The position numbers were made by a program, and so were the translations under genes. Shown here piece by piece: positions 12,142 to 26,533 of a stretch of DNA of 64,000 bases; the stretch's first letter is position 1, and each line of letters opens with the position of its first letter. The notes beneath the pieces are model-generated. The model searched no databases and had not been told where the DNA came from. It saw only the letters and a list, made by a program, of their open reading frames with translations. Origin of the DNA: Lama guanicoe (taxonomy: Eukaryota); contig MU053561.1 in NCBI GenBank assembly GCA_013239625.1, positions 498,826-562,825 on the forward strand, read 5' to 3'.

Positions 12142-13288
12142 GTGAGTCACCTTGGTCCCGGGGACTGCACTGGCCACTCTTTGAGAAGCATCATAGAACC
12201 CGTAAAAGACAGGAAGAGGACCTGCCATAGGAAAAGTCCCTAGAATTCCAGTCAAAACCTGGCAAGCCTTTTGCACAACCTTAGATAAGCAAGTTAACCT
12301 CTCAGGGTCTCAGTATCTCATCTCTAAACAGACAGCCCAGGTCTGTTTACAGATTTCTGGGATCTCAAACCTCTGACGCTTGCTGTTTGTAAACAGTGAC
12401 ATGTTTCCTCCCCACCCCACCCCTGCTGCATGAAGCAGTGGAAACATCACCAGGGCCCATGGCATTCTCCTCTCCATCACTGTTTCCACCTTTACCCCCA
12501 GCCCCTGCTAAGACCTTCAGGATTCTGTGCCAACTGCAGTGTTAGTAAAACCTGCTGCTTCAAGTCACAGCAGCAAGATTCAAAATGGACTGAGGATAAG
12601 AAGCGTATTTCTCTGTCCTTTGATTTCTTGAAATGGGAAAGTGAGATGTAAAGATAAGTGTGTGTGCGTGTGTACAATGTGCTTGTGCACAGAAGCACAC
12701 ACATACTCCTTTTTTGGGTAAACACTCCCCAAGTCTGGCCCAAGTGCTTGCAGTCTCTCATCATTGATGGTGACATGGCTACCGCTAGCACCCCAGGACC
12801 TGCAAACCATCCCCTGGACTTTAGGACAGGACAGCCCTTTCTTACCTCCCATTTCTACACCACATTCCATGAATATTTAGGAAAAAATGCCTTTGGTCTA
12901 GTGCCTTCCCCTGCCTGGTGCCCAGGGAACCTGAGCATGTGGCTGTGTGGGGTAGGAGGTGATGCTCTTTAGCCTTCGTATTTCCTTCATGACTCCCCAC
13001 CATCGTCCACACTCTCCCTCTACCCTCCACATACAAGTCAAATGTCCCAGCTCAGAATTTAACCTGTTTCTGTATTTGCGAGGAAGGGATGGATATGGGT
13101 TTGCTTGTTTCAATAAGCAACTCTTGTCTGTCCTCCAAGAGACAAACCTCACTCCTCACCATCCCGCCCCCCTACTCCTTCCGATGTTCGTGGTTCAAAC
13201 GTTTGGAATCATTGTTCACGTTCTCTTTTGATGTACTCACAGCTAGTCCCATTTTCCACGGCCTGAACGAATATGAAGAATCCTCTTT

Positions 13289-13381
13289 GGGGGAAGTGTA
13301 TAGCTCAGTGGTTGAGCACATGCTTAGCATGGATGAAGTCCTGGGTTCAATCCCCAGTATCTCCATTTAAAGAAAAAAAAA
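13289..13381 (+). mobile_element. Vic-1-like SINE, short form (HMGCS2 intron 1)
   Basis: tRNA-like head plus A tail, flanked by an AAGAATCCT repeat. Confidence 0.88.
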
Positions 13382-15199
13382 AAGAATCCTTTTTATGGGT
13401 CTCCTTTTCTCTGTAGGTCTTTCCCCTTTAATCCAATCTGCATCAGGTCTAAACCCAACCTAAGGACTGCTCCCGTCTCAGCATGCGCTTCACCACTTTT
13501 AAAATTAAGGAAACGCCATGTCCTCTACTTCCTGGTCCCTACCTACTTTTCTCGTGTGTTGTCTCCCTGCTCCCCTTCACTCTCCGTTCCAGGTAGCCTT
13601 ACCTGTCCAGTCACCCCCTGCTGTGGCACTGCCCTGAAACCCCCTCCCCCAGCTCTTCATCAGCAGAAGCTTCATGTATCCATCAAGGCTGACCTTCACG
13701 GAGCCTCTTCCATGAAGCCATTCCTGATCCTCTCCCCTGCAGGGGAGCTCTGCTTCCTTTGAACTCCTGTGGGATTGTGTCCATATCCCTGTCGTGGCCC
13801 TTTATCACATTCTGACTCTCAGCTGGGTTACATGGGTATGAAAGTGCTTATCTCATTCTTCCCACTGGTCGAGGACGTCCGCAAGAACCTTGACCTCCTG
13901 CTTTCTCTGCCCACCCCTTCTCCTCTCCAGCCCTCCCTAGCACAGTGCCTGGCATGTAGTAGCTAATTTTGAAACACAAGGGAAGGATGTGAGATGGAGT
14001 AAAGAAATAAAAGCTTGATGCATATTCTTGAACAGAGCAGCACCAGAACAAAACCAATTTTAAATTAAATAAACTAATTATTCTTTAGAGAAAATGAAAG
14101 ATTAGAAGAGATTGGAAACTCTCCTTGCAACCTAAGATTTCTAACTGGGAAGAGAAAGATGGAATTAGGTCAGAGAAGACAGAGGGAGAATGAGGCTGAG
14201 GGAAGCCAAACACAGGACCAAGAGCTGGCTAACGTTAGCTCCTAGGTACTGGAGAAGTCCCTTCACAAATATTTGAGAGGACAAAGTCCAATTCTTTGGG
14301 TGGCACCAAATAAATAGGGCAGATAACTAAATTTCAATCTTCTGTCAGACAGAACCCTTTATCACTTCTGTCAGATGAACCTTTATCACTTCACCTCACT
14401 AGCTTATGAACATATGATCCATTTTTGCTTCACAGCCGTCCTTCAAAGTGACCTTCATGATGGGAAAACTGGGGTTACCAGAAGCCCAGAATCCTGATGA
14501 AGACAGGCACATTGGGTCTGAGCTACAACTCCTGTGGCATAGAGTTAAATTTATAAGCCTGCAGAGCCATCCTGTCACTCTTCCACGGTCAGGAATTCTG
14601 TAGCCAAATACAAGTCAAAGGAACTGGGGGGCACCCATGAGTGTGTGACACATTGGACTGGTGCCCAAGCACAGACATCCAAGGAGAAGACAGAATGTTT
14701 GTAAGATAGGACCAACTAAGAAGTTACTCTGAGCACATCACTTCACCAATGTGTGCCTGGCTTCCACCACATGTAAAATCAGACTATCACTAACATAAGC
14801 AGCTTTCAGTTCCTTTCATGTGCAACAGATGGAAGCTGGACTTGGTGAGTTCAGCTCTTCATAACTCTGGATCTTCACCAGAGGTATTAGAAGTCAGGGT
14901 TGAAGAGGGGAGGTGGGTCCAGGAAAGAAACAGTTCATCTTTTCCCTCTTTTCCTGACTCTGTCCCCCATTTTTCCTCTGCTCCCATGTAGAATGCCCTC
15001 TCTTCCATCTGTATTCTTACGGCCTTTGTTTGTTCCACATATATTTAGCTATAAAAATGCCAACACCTCCATTAGACTCTGCTCCCTTTGTGGGTACAAA
15101 GGATGCCCTATTAATTACTGTGCACCTGGAACCCAGGGCTGTGTTGGGTGTGCTCAATAAGTATGGGGAGGCCCAATCAGAAAAAGTAGAGAGGATGGA

Positions 15200-15690
15200 A
15201 TGAAACAGAAAACTTCCCTAAAAATAAAAACAGTAGATAGGAAAATAAAAATGGAGAAACGGGGATCACGAGACAGGCACTTTAAAGTGAATAAAACTTT
15301 CTAAATGATGTCCTTTATAATATAGCTCAAAGGAATGGAGAGGAAAAATGAAGTTAAACTAAAGTAAGATTTTTATGCTGTTCAAAATATAGCAGACATA
15401 TTAATTTTTAAGTGAGATTATGATAAGCAAAGAACACATACTGTAATCTCTAGGGTCATTCCTAGAAGAAAAAGGACAGAACAAGATAGACCATGAAAAG
15501 AGTAATAGAAAAGCTAGGGCAGCTTCATTAACATTGGGGAAAGTAGACTTTATGGGAAGAAAATCACAAAGATAAAGAGGGACATTTAATAAGGATAAAA
15601 GAGTCAATTCAATAGAAAAATATAACAACTCTAAATGTGTATTCATCTGATCACATAGCTTCAAAATGTATTTTTAAAAAAATGAATGAA
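15200..15690 (+). mobile_element. Ancient L1 fragment (ORF2 endonuclease region), degenerate
   Basis: AAAGTAGACTTT...GATAAAGAGGGACATTT...ATAAAAGAGTCAATTCAA...ATAACAACTCTAAATGTGTAT resembles L1 ORF2 KVDF..DKEGH..IKGSIQ..ITILNIY. Confidence 0.7.
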
Positions 15691-15744
15691 ATGATTGCTA
15701 TATTGTCTCCTAAGGAAACTAGCTAGAGACCATTCATGGGATTT

Positions 15745-17073
<1,329 letters not shown>

Positions 17074-18303
17074 TAGGTAAAGAAAGGTGCTGGGTTTGCT
17101 TCTCTGTTCCCAGAGTGGTTTCATCCAGGAAGGGATAGACAACATATCCACACAGCTGCTACTATCACCCCAAATCTACAATGATAATAACCACCCAGAC
17201 TTGTTAAGCTTTTATACAGTTAATTAGGTAGCCTGTTCACATAGCCATTCATTTAGAACAGCCTAGAAAGTGAGTGTTATACCAGATTTACAGTTAAGAC
17301 AGTGGAGATCTAGTATCTTACACATAGTGTGTGGCAGGAGTGAGACACCAAACCAAATCCAGTGTATTTCCCATTTCTTTGTTCCTGTTTCTCCTAAGTC
17401 TTTGAGAGAGAGAGACTGGAGATGTTAAAAGATTTAAACAACTTTAGATGTTAAGGAGAAAACACCCTGGTTAAAATAGACCCAAATAATCACGGGATGG
17501 ACTATTACACAGAGTATTTCTACTCTCTCTCCATGCCTGGCTTCTAGAAAATTGCTTCTGCTTAACATATTAACATTACCCTGTATCTTACTTCTATCTT
17601 CCCTCCATGCTGTATCGGTGGAAGAACCTCTGTTGTGATAGATGGCAAGAAAAGGTTCAAGGGGAGCAGTACAAGTTGAGAGTTAGAAACCCATCTCTGT
17701 CAGTTATTGATGACAAGTCCCTTAACCTCTGTGAGCCTCGGGGTTCTCATGGGGCTGCCTGGCAGGGCTGGTAAAAGGATTAAACAACGTATGAACGGAG
17801 TTGTGAAAAAGCAGTACCTGGGCAGACAAGGCACACTATTTACTAAGTTGGAAACGAGAATTGAAAACTTTAGAAACCATAATAAATATCAATTATAAAA
17901 TTAATCATGAAGTCTTGATGTTGGCAGGGACCTTAGAGATTATGTAATCCAATATTCATTTTTTTAAAAAGCGCAGGAAGAAGAGTTTAATGATTTGCTT
18001 CTGTTCACACAGCAAGGCAGTGCAATTCCATACATTCATTCAGTGTGTTTTTTCAACTGCCCTGCATAGGTTTACCATCAATGGTTCCAGCCTCTACATC
18101 ATCAAATCTGTTCTTACAGTGCTTCTCCTGCTTGGCACTCATGTTATTCCCTCTCCAGAAACCCCTGCCACCATCACCACCAATATATCCAACCAAGCAT
18201 TTAGTTGGAGGGTATAAATGAAGGGCAAGGGACAATTACAGCGTTTAACCAAAAAATCAGAGCCCATATTTGGGGCCATTATAAGCTTCAAGCATGTCAT
18301 TTC

Positions 18304-18412
18304 ATTTGCATTTCTTCTTATTTTTTTTAATGGAGGTGCTGAGAATTGAACCAAGTCTCTCATGCACGCTCAGCATGAGCTCTGCCAACTAAGCCATACC
18401 TTCACCCCCATA
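18304..18412 (-). mobile_element. Vic-1-like SINE, diverged (HMGCS2 intron 2)
   Basis: TSD CATGTCATTTC at 18293-18303 and 18413-18423. Confidence 0.82.
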
Positions 18413-18769
18413 CATGTCATTTCCAATGAGTAGATTCTGCTGAAAGAACTGCAGGAAAGAACTGCAGACGCATCCTTCTTTAATGTGATGTCTTGATGGG
18501 GAAAAAAAAATTTAAACGAACTATTGGGATGTGACTTGTTTGTATTAAAACAAAAAGCATATTTAAGCTTGAGCCTAATGGCAACTGCCAAGACCAGACA
18601 AGGCCAGTGCAGATGTGACCTCTGTTTCTGACCGGGCCAACCATCCACCTGGGGACCCTCAAATGGGAGGAGGTGGTTCTGGAACTCACCAGGAAGTTCT
18701 GAAGCACTCCAGAGAGACAGCAGGTATGAGGGAAGGAAAGAGCAGTACTGGCTCAGATTGCCTGAGAGA

Positions 18770-19620
18770 CCTCGTTTTTTCTTGTCTTTTCTTTAAAAAT
18801 GAAGTTAATTGAAACCTACAGTGTGTGTATATATAAATATATACATACACACACACACACACACACACAAAGCGTAAAGAAAAATTTCCCTTTGGTACCC
18901 CATTAACACTTCCCAGAATTTAACACTAACAGTTCTATATATTATTCCAGAAATTTTCTATGTACCTGCAAGCACATCTCATTCAGCTTTTAACATTGTA
19001 TACTTTATTCCTCATCTCTATGATGCCTTAGAGGTCATTCTCTCTATATATATAAAGAGAGAAATATATAGAGGTATGTGTGAGGTCTACTTTATTTTTT
19101 TAAAAGCCACGTTAAATTCTGTTGATGGATACGCCAAATTTTAATTAATCCCATATAGATGAATATTTAGATTGGTGGATTTTTTTGAAATTATAAATAG
19201 TGTTTTAATGAACGTTGTACAGTAGCTTTGCATGCCTGTGATAATACGTTATAAGAACAGATTCACAGAATTGGAATTGCTAGTTTGATTTAAGAGTTTG
19301 GTGAAATGTGCCAAATTACTCTTCAAAATGTTGTACTGAAGGACATTCCTACAATATCTCTTATCAAGCTTTCTAATCGTTGTCAATTTCATAAGCAAAA
19401 TAATAGTATCATTGATTTTCCTTTTTTATTATAAGAAGCTGACATTTTTATGTTGTTTTTTGGCCATTTTTGTATTACGTATCTTACCTTTCTTATGAGA
19501 CTTTTATAAATGAAGGAAAATAGAATTTTCTTGGCTTTAAGAATTGTAAATACTTCCCCAGTTTGTCTTTTGAGTTTGTTTCTGATAGAAGGTTTTAATT
19601 TCTAGATAGTCAAAATTCTG
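18770..19620 (-). mobile_element. Ancient L1M 3' fragment with (TA)/(CA) repeat
   Basis: Degenerate antisense L1 3' UTR/ORF2 motifs, such as GAATTGGAATTGCT and GCCAAATTACTCTTCAAAATGTTGTAC. Confidence 0.6.
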
Positions 19621-19769
19621 AACTTTATATATGTATATAATTTGTTTATATACATTTGTATTTATTTTATATCTTTATATATTATTTATAAATATAATAT
19701 TGGGGAGAAAAAAACAACACTGCTTTATTGGGGTTGAAGCTAAAGTTGTTATATACTCTAAAGAGAAAG

Positions 19770-19990
19770 TTCTTAGGTTTCAGTGAATTTGGGTTGGAAT
19801 CCTGACTCTGAGTCCTTATCCTACCATCTATTACCTGTGTGGCTCTGGGCAAGTGACTTAAGTTTTGGGCCTTAATTTCTTTACCTATAAGGAGAAGGTA
19901 ACTGTATCTGATACATAGACTTATCGTGAGGACTAAACTGTATAGAGATATAACCCTCAGCGCAGTGCTGGGGTAAATCCTGGCAGCTTC
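19770..19990 (+). mobile_element. MIR SINE
   Basis: CTGTGTGGCTCTGGGCAAGTGACTTAA core. Confidence 0.7.
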
Positions 19991-20647
19991 CTCGCAGAAT
20001 AGGTGGAATACTGAATGCTCCTGCCATGTCTCTCCCACAAAGCCAAGCTTGGGGGCAGGCAGTACTGTCAGATGAAAGAGGAATAAATAATATTCAGGAC
20101 AACAATCATTTATTGACTAACAGTCTGGCTATTATTGAAGTAGTTACTATAGATCATCTACATTAAATCTGGTTACTCAGCGTAAACTCTTCTCACAATG
20201 GAAGTAGTACCAAATAGTTCAAAGCACATGGTTCAGGATCCAGTCAGAACTGGGTCTGAATATAAAAGTCCACATTCACTACGAGGGTGCCCTTAGACAA
20301 GTTACTTGATCTCTCTGGAAGGCAGCTTCTTCCTCTGGAAATGTGGGTATTACCTGCCTCACTGGGTTGCTTTAAGGATTGTTTGAGGGTAATTAGTATC
20401 TATCTAGTACTTCAAATATTAAGTTTCCCTCCCTATCCCTTGGCCTTCTGTGATTTGGAAGGAATTTTCACTTACAGCACCACAGAGTACTGTAAGGTGA
20501 TCTGTACAAACCTAAATTATCTCCAGAAATGCCAATTTAGAAATTTTTCATTGAATTCAGAAACTGAATTCTGAATAAATGAGCATTTTACAATTAGAGT
20601 AACAGGACTCCGAGTTTTGACATTGCACTTCAAATGTGTCATGATGA

Positions 20648-20932
<285 letters not shown>

Positions 20933-21478
20933 TAGTAAATTACATGGTTCCAGGAGACTGTGCAGAGGATCACCAAATGACCCCAAGGTGGCATACGTAC
21001 CCGCTACATGGGGCTGAAGTATGGATTCGAGAATGATAGTGCTTGCCTTCAAGAGACTGGATGGGGGAGCAGAGGGCAGGAAGGAAGGGGAGAGAGGGCT
21101 CAGCAAGGTTTCCTCTCTGTGCCATCACACACTGGGATAATGATGTGTGGGTGGATGGCACTGATGCTGTTGACAAGGACCCTTTGGGGGCAACTGAAGA
21201 TGAAGGAAGATAATTGGGTATAAAGTGAAAGTTTTCCTTTGAGACTCTTAGTGTCTATTCCAAATTTTTTAAGCCCATGTAGGTGTGGAAATGGAAATAT
21301 AAATCTCACTTATATATAAGTAGCAATCTAATCAGCTTCCCTTGAACACATGAAAGATGTTCAGTGGGCTCAGGCTTGGGCATGAGACTGGTAAAGACCA
21401 GGAGACTATTTACACACAGTTCTCCCATCCTCTCTGCTCGATGTGGGCTGCATCGTATGCCTCTGTGTGCCTTTCCAG

Positions 21479-21643
21479 GGCTTAGAGGAACCCACATGGA
21501 GAACGTATATGACTTCTACAAACCAGATGTGCTTTCAGAGTACCCCTTGGTGGATGGGAAGCTCTCCATCCAATGCTACTTACAGGCCCTGGACCGTTGC
21601 TACACGTTATACCGTCAAAAGATCCAGAACCAGTGGAAGCAAG
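21479..21643 (+). CDS. HMGCS2: HMGCS2 exon 4
   Basis: [17 protein letters not shown]...[14 protein letters not shown]...QWKQ. Acceptor ttccag, donor GTATGA. 165 nt. Confidence 0.98.
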
Positions 21644-22193
21644 GTATGAGGCTCAGAGGGCACAAGGCAGGGACTCTATCTACATGAGGCCAAGAGTTTG
21701 TCCTAAACACTTAAGATAAAGATTCTTTTATCCTCCCCAAATATTCTCAAGAGAATTGTTTCGTATTCCATTCTAACACCCTTCTCTGGGTCTGTGCTAA
21801 AGTCCCTTTGGAAGTCATCCAAAGTCAAGTACAAAATTGCCTCTAACTTGAGCTAAATGAAAGAAAATAAATAATCCAAGGCCAAAGCTGAAGCCAGTGG
21901 GTGTCAGCCACCTGGGGAGGTGCCGTGTGAGCCAGAGTGACCGTGTTCTGTGGAGGCTAGGATTACTTCCTGCTGAAGTCAGGAGTGATCTGCCTCTCGG
22001 TTTAGTTTGCCACCTTTGAAAATCTGGCTGATGTTGAAAATTCTTACCTATATATTTTCAATACACTTAAGTGTTACTGATGATTTTTTTTCTCTGCATG
22101 GTAGTGTTGACTTGATTTTCACCTTTAGTTTCTGACGTTTTCTGCTTAAAAAAAAATATGTAGTGATTTCATAATCAGAAGAGAAACAAAGCA

Positions 22194-22326
22194 GGGGAAG
22201 GGTAAGTTCCAGTGGCATACGTGAGGTCTTGAGTTCAATCCCCAGCACTTCCTCTAAAAATTAAATGAATGACTAAGCCTAATTACCTCCCCTCCAAAAA
22301 TTAAATAAAATTTAAAAAGAAAAAAT
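22194..22326 (+). mobile_element. Vic-1-like SINE, internally deleted (HMGCS2 intron 4)
   Basis: GAGGTCTTGAGTTCAATCCCCAGCAC box B and CCTAATTACCTCCCC tail. Confidence 0.8.
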
Positions 22327-23161
22327 GAAAAGAGACAAGTCATTTTTAAAATACAGAGAAACCTACCTACTTCTTTAAAAACTGAAAAAGGTTTCCTACC
22401 TGTTCAGCCATGTCCAGATGGGCAACTGAAAAAGGTGAGTTTCAGTGTGGGAAAAAGGATGTGCTGAAACATCAGAGCAGGGGTGCTTTAGGAGTGGCTT
22501 CAGGGGCCACTTCTTGCCTCTTTCCACTGCACTGGGTGGGATGCTGGCTGTCCCCATGGGTAAGGAGTCGACTTGGACCTCTCTGCCGCTGCCCATCCAC
22601 TGTAAAATTACTATTGGCTAATTACTCTCGCCTCCTCTAAATTCTTATGACATCCTAACTTTACTCCCTGTTCTCATGTGGCATTTGATCAGTGCTGCTT
22701 TGAATCTCAGCACCAAATTGTAAACTTTGTAGGGGCAGAGGGTACACTGCCTTCTTCTTCAGAGTGAGAGAGAGAGAGTCTGGGCTGTAGAGTCAGAGAC
22801 ATCAGAACCTAAATCCAAAGCCAGTCATTTTCAAGCTGGGTGACCTTGGACACATGACTTGGCTTCATATTTTGAAAACTGTTTTCTCCCCTGGAAAACA
22901 GAGAAAATAATACGTGGTTGATTTGAGGAACTATCTGTCCTAGAGGTTGGCAACAATAGATAGGAAGAAAGTATTTATTTCTTTCCCTTCTTTCTCTACA
23001 AGGAGAGGGTTTAGTAAGTTGCTTGTAAAATGAAAGAACAAACCTCTGTGTGTTTCTGGAGACAGGATCTAGTTCTCCGGGAAGCCTCAGCTCAGTCAGA
23101 TCTCGGGGAGGAGGTCTAAGTGGCTCACGCCTCATCCTTGCTTTCACACCCCCTCTTCCAG

Positions 23162-23327
23162 ATGGCATCAATCGGCCTTTCACTCTCGATGATCTGCAGT
23201 TTATAATCTTTCACACACCCTTCTGCAAGATGGTCCAGAAGTCCCTGGGTCACCTGATGTTCAATGACTTCCTGTCAGCCAGTGGCAGCACGCAGACCAG
23301 CCTCTACAAGGGGCTGGAGGCCTTCAG
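23162..23327 (+). CDS. HMGCS2: HMGCS2 exon 5 (catalytic His301 in IFHTPF)
   Basis: [38 protein letters not shown]...LEAFR. Acceptor ttccag, donor GTGAGT. 166 nt. Confidence 0.98.
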
Positions 23328-24149
23328 GTGAGTCCTCTTCATGAGGAGCCTGCAGGCTCTTGAGGGGGAGGAAGGAGGAGGCTCCCTCATGCCTTAAGTC
23401 TGGACCACCAGCCACTCCTGTGGGGAAAACAGCAACCCTCCAACACAGTAGAAGTGACACCATGTCCCTGCGTGGGTTAGTGGGTTGTAGTCTACATAGG
23501 GCCCTCACCCTGCATCTCAGGGTGCACACAGACCCTGCCAGTGCCTCTAGACCAAGTGACTATAAGAAGCTTCAGAAAATGAGATAAAGGGGAAAGGGAG
23601 TGTAGCTAAGTCACTCAGTCTACAAACATTTTACGAACATCAGCTATATGTCAGGCATCATCCTAAACTCCGGGAACATAAAATGGACATGAGTCTCTGA
23701 TCCCTGCCCGGAGGATCTCACAGTCTAGACAGACAGAAACACCTAGAAACAAACAACCACAGTGCAGGATGGCAACCTGGGGAGTGTCCAGTCTCATTCT
23801 CACTTGCCATTGGCTTAATCAATGTCTTGCTCCTTGCTTCGAATTCCTCCATCTATGAAATGGAGATAGCCCAGCTCACCCCCGCTATGTGTCAATAAAG
23901 CAGGAAGAATGCTGTTTATTGATACGTTACTCCAAGATATTTAGAAAAGAAGAAGCCGCAATACAAAGAGTTCTCACTGGGAAAGGACTCTTTCCCCTTC
24001 TTCTTGGGATCTGTTCATTTCACATTTTGGAGTATTCTACCAACATCTGCCCCTGTTCCTAACTACTACTGCTAACTCTGCCACTGACTAAAACGTCCAA
24101 ATGAGCACAGACCCTGCTTCTAAGACTTGCCTCATGGGAAAAAATACAA

Positions 24150-24960
24150 TAAAATTCTAACATATACCAAAGATAATAGCTTACTATCTTTTATACCTGA
24201 AAGTCTCATCAACAATAAGATAAACACATTAAGTGGAAAACTGAACAAAGGCTATGGATGAGAAATGTTCTCAAGGAAGAAACACACACAATCATATTTT
24301 CAAACGTTCATGTCCGTTAGTAACAACTATAAACAAGTTACTGTTTTCTTTACATAGCCTTTTTTTAAGAGATAGAAACTTTATTCATTCAGGGAAGGGA
24401 GTAGTCTTGATTACATTTTTAAAATTGAAGTACAGTTCATTACAATGTGTCAGTTTCTGGTGCACAGCACAATGTCCCAGTCATTTGCATAGCCTTTTAA
24501 AATTCTGAATACCCAGAACTGACAAGGCTATGAGAAGATGGGCAATAGCAGATGTGTAAAAATTGATACAGTGGTTTTGGGGGAGTAATAGGAAAACATG
24601 AAACCTTAAAGATGTGCACACCTTTTGGCTCAGTAATTCCACGTGTTTAAAAGAGCATGTAGCTTTTAGCTGCTGAGGTCAGGAGGTGGGGAGGAGATTG
24701 GTTAAGGTAGGGTACCTCCTACCACGGGCCATTTTGCAGGCTTTAAAAATAATGTTAAAGAAGACGATTTAATGTCATAGAGAAAAGTAGTGAAGGAAGC
24801 ATGCTAAACAAAACCTATAGGATGATTTTATTTTCCAATAAACCATATAAAAGTAGGGATGGATTCCATAAGGAAGATATGACCTAAGTGCTCTCTCTGA
24901 ATGGTAAGACTGTCAGTGATATTTTTTCTCAGTGTTTTCTGTATTTCCAAGTATAATATA
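24150..24960 (+). mobile_element. Ancient L1M ORF2 3' end / 3' UTR fragment, interrupted
   Basis: Degenerate L1 motifs such as TGTGCACACCTTTTGGCTCAGTAATTCCAC. Boundaries approximate. Confidence 0.6.
24364..24483 (-). mobile_element. Very short L1 3' end plus extra 3' sequence, inserted in an older L1
   Basis: 24416-24483 is homologous to the L1 3' end at about 15755-15830. TSD TTT(A/G)CATAGCCTTTT at 24349-24363 and 24484-24498. Confidence 0.8.
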
Positions 24961-25126
24961 ATATAATATAATATAATACAATATAATATAATATTCTTAT
25001 ATTTCCAAATATTCTAAAAACATGGATCCCAAAGTCTTCTCTCCAGGAGCTGTTACACTTTCCCCCTTGCTCCCTCCCCCGCTCATGTGGCTTCTCACCT
25101 TGCCTGTTTGTCTGGCTGCCTCACAG

Positions 25127-25297
25127 GGGGCTGAAGCTGGAAGACATCTACACCAATAAGGACGTAGAGAAAGCGTTTCTGAAGGCCTCTCTGGACATGT
25201 TCCACAAGAAAACCAAGGCCTCCCTGTACCTGTCCACCTACAACGGGAATATGTACACCTCATCCCTCTATGGATGCCTGGCCTCGCTTCTGTCCCA
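25127..25297 (+). CDS. HMGCS2: HMGCS2 exon 6 ([11 protein letters not shown] motif)
   Basis: Translated by hand: [56 protein letters not shown]. Acceptor cacag, donor GTGAGT. 171 nt. Confidence 0.97.
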
Positions 25298-25609
25298 GTG
25301 AGTACTGCCTTCAGCCCCACCTCCTCTTACCCCTGGCTCTGGTCCAAGGGGTCAACTAAATTTTGTTTCTCTTCTGGTTCAGAATTTTTTCAAAAAGGAA
25401 AGAAATAAGGAAGGAAGGAAAAACGAAAGAAACTTCTTTCAAAGGTGGATGTATGGGCAGATTTATTTTCAATATTTAACAGTGGACTCCAAAGTGAAGT
25501 GCATGTATGATGCTGGGGGAGGTGCCAGATTTATTTGGATGCTGCGAAAAAAAATAGCAGAACTTTATGCATATTTTATCTCATCCATTTAAAATCTCTG
25601 TACTCAGTA

Positions 25610-25840
25610 AAGCGTGGTGGGTAGGCGAGTCTAGCTTTAGAGCCTACAACCTGTGTTCGAATCTCTTTACCGCTTACTAGCTTTGACCTTGGAAAAATAC
25701 TTAACCTTTATGTTTCTTATTTTTCCCAACTATAAAATGTGTACAATAACAATTCCTACCTTCTTAGGTTTTGATGAATGTTAAATGTCTAAAGCAATTA
25801 AAAGAGTAATGCTCAGCAGGTGCCCAAATGTTAGTTTATT
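25610..25840 (+). mobile_element. MIR SINE
   Basis: GTTCGAATC...CTTACTAGCTTTGACCTTGG...CTTAACC core. Confidence 0.75.
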
Positions 25841-26278
25841 TTTAAAGATACTCCATTTCGTAGATTTGATAAGAAAATACTTGTACTATGGTTCATGCTT
25901 ATAACATAGGGAAAAAATATGACTGGACTTGCTCAAATAATTGCTAATGAGATGTTAAACATATTTTTAAACTGCTGAAGTATTACCAGTCAACATGGGA
26001 GCCCTGAGGTGAGTCCAGGGGTCTGACCTTGACTTGGAGGTACCTTCAGAGTTCGCTGAGTTCATCTTGTCTTCATGGGGGGGGAGAAGTTCCTTTCACA
26101 TCCCGGAAATTCTGCTGTGCTCCCTGTGACTTCCGATTCTTGGATCTCAGCTGCTCTCCTCTTGGCCAGCTTTCCTCCTTCTGGGTCTACCCCTGGGGTC
26201 TTCCAAAGAGTCCCTCTTTGTGTAGAGTGCCCAGGACCCATTTCTTGCTGCAAGAGGTTGACTAGATAGGGTTGATAG

Positions 26279-26533
<255 letters not shown>

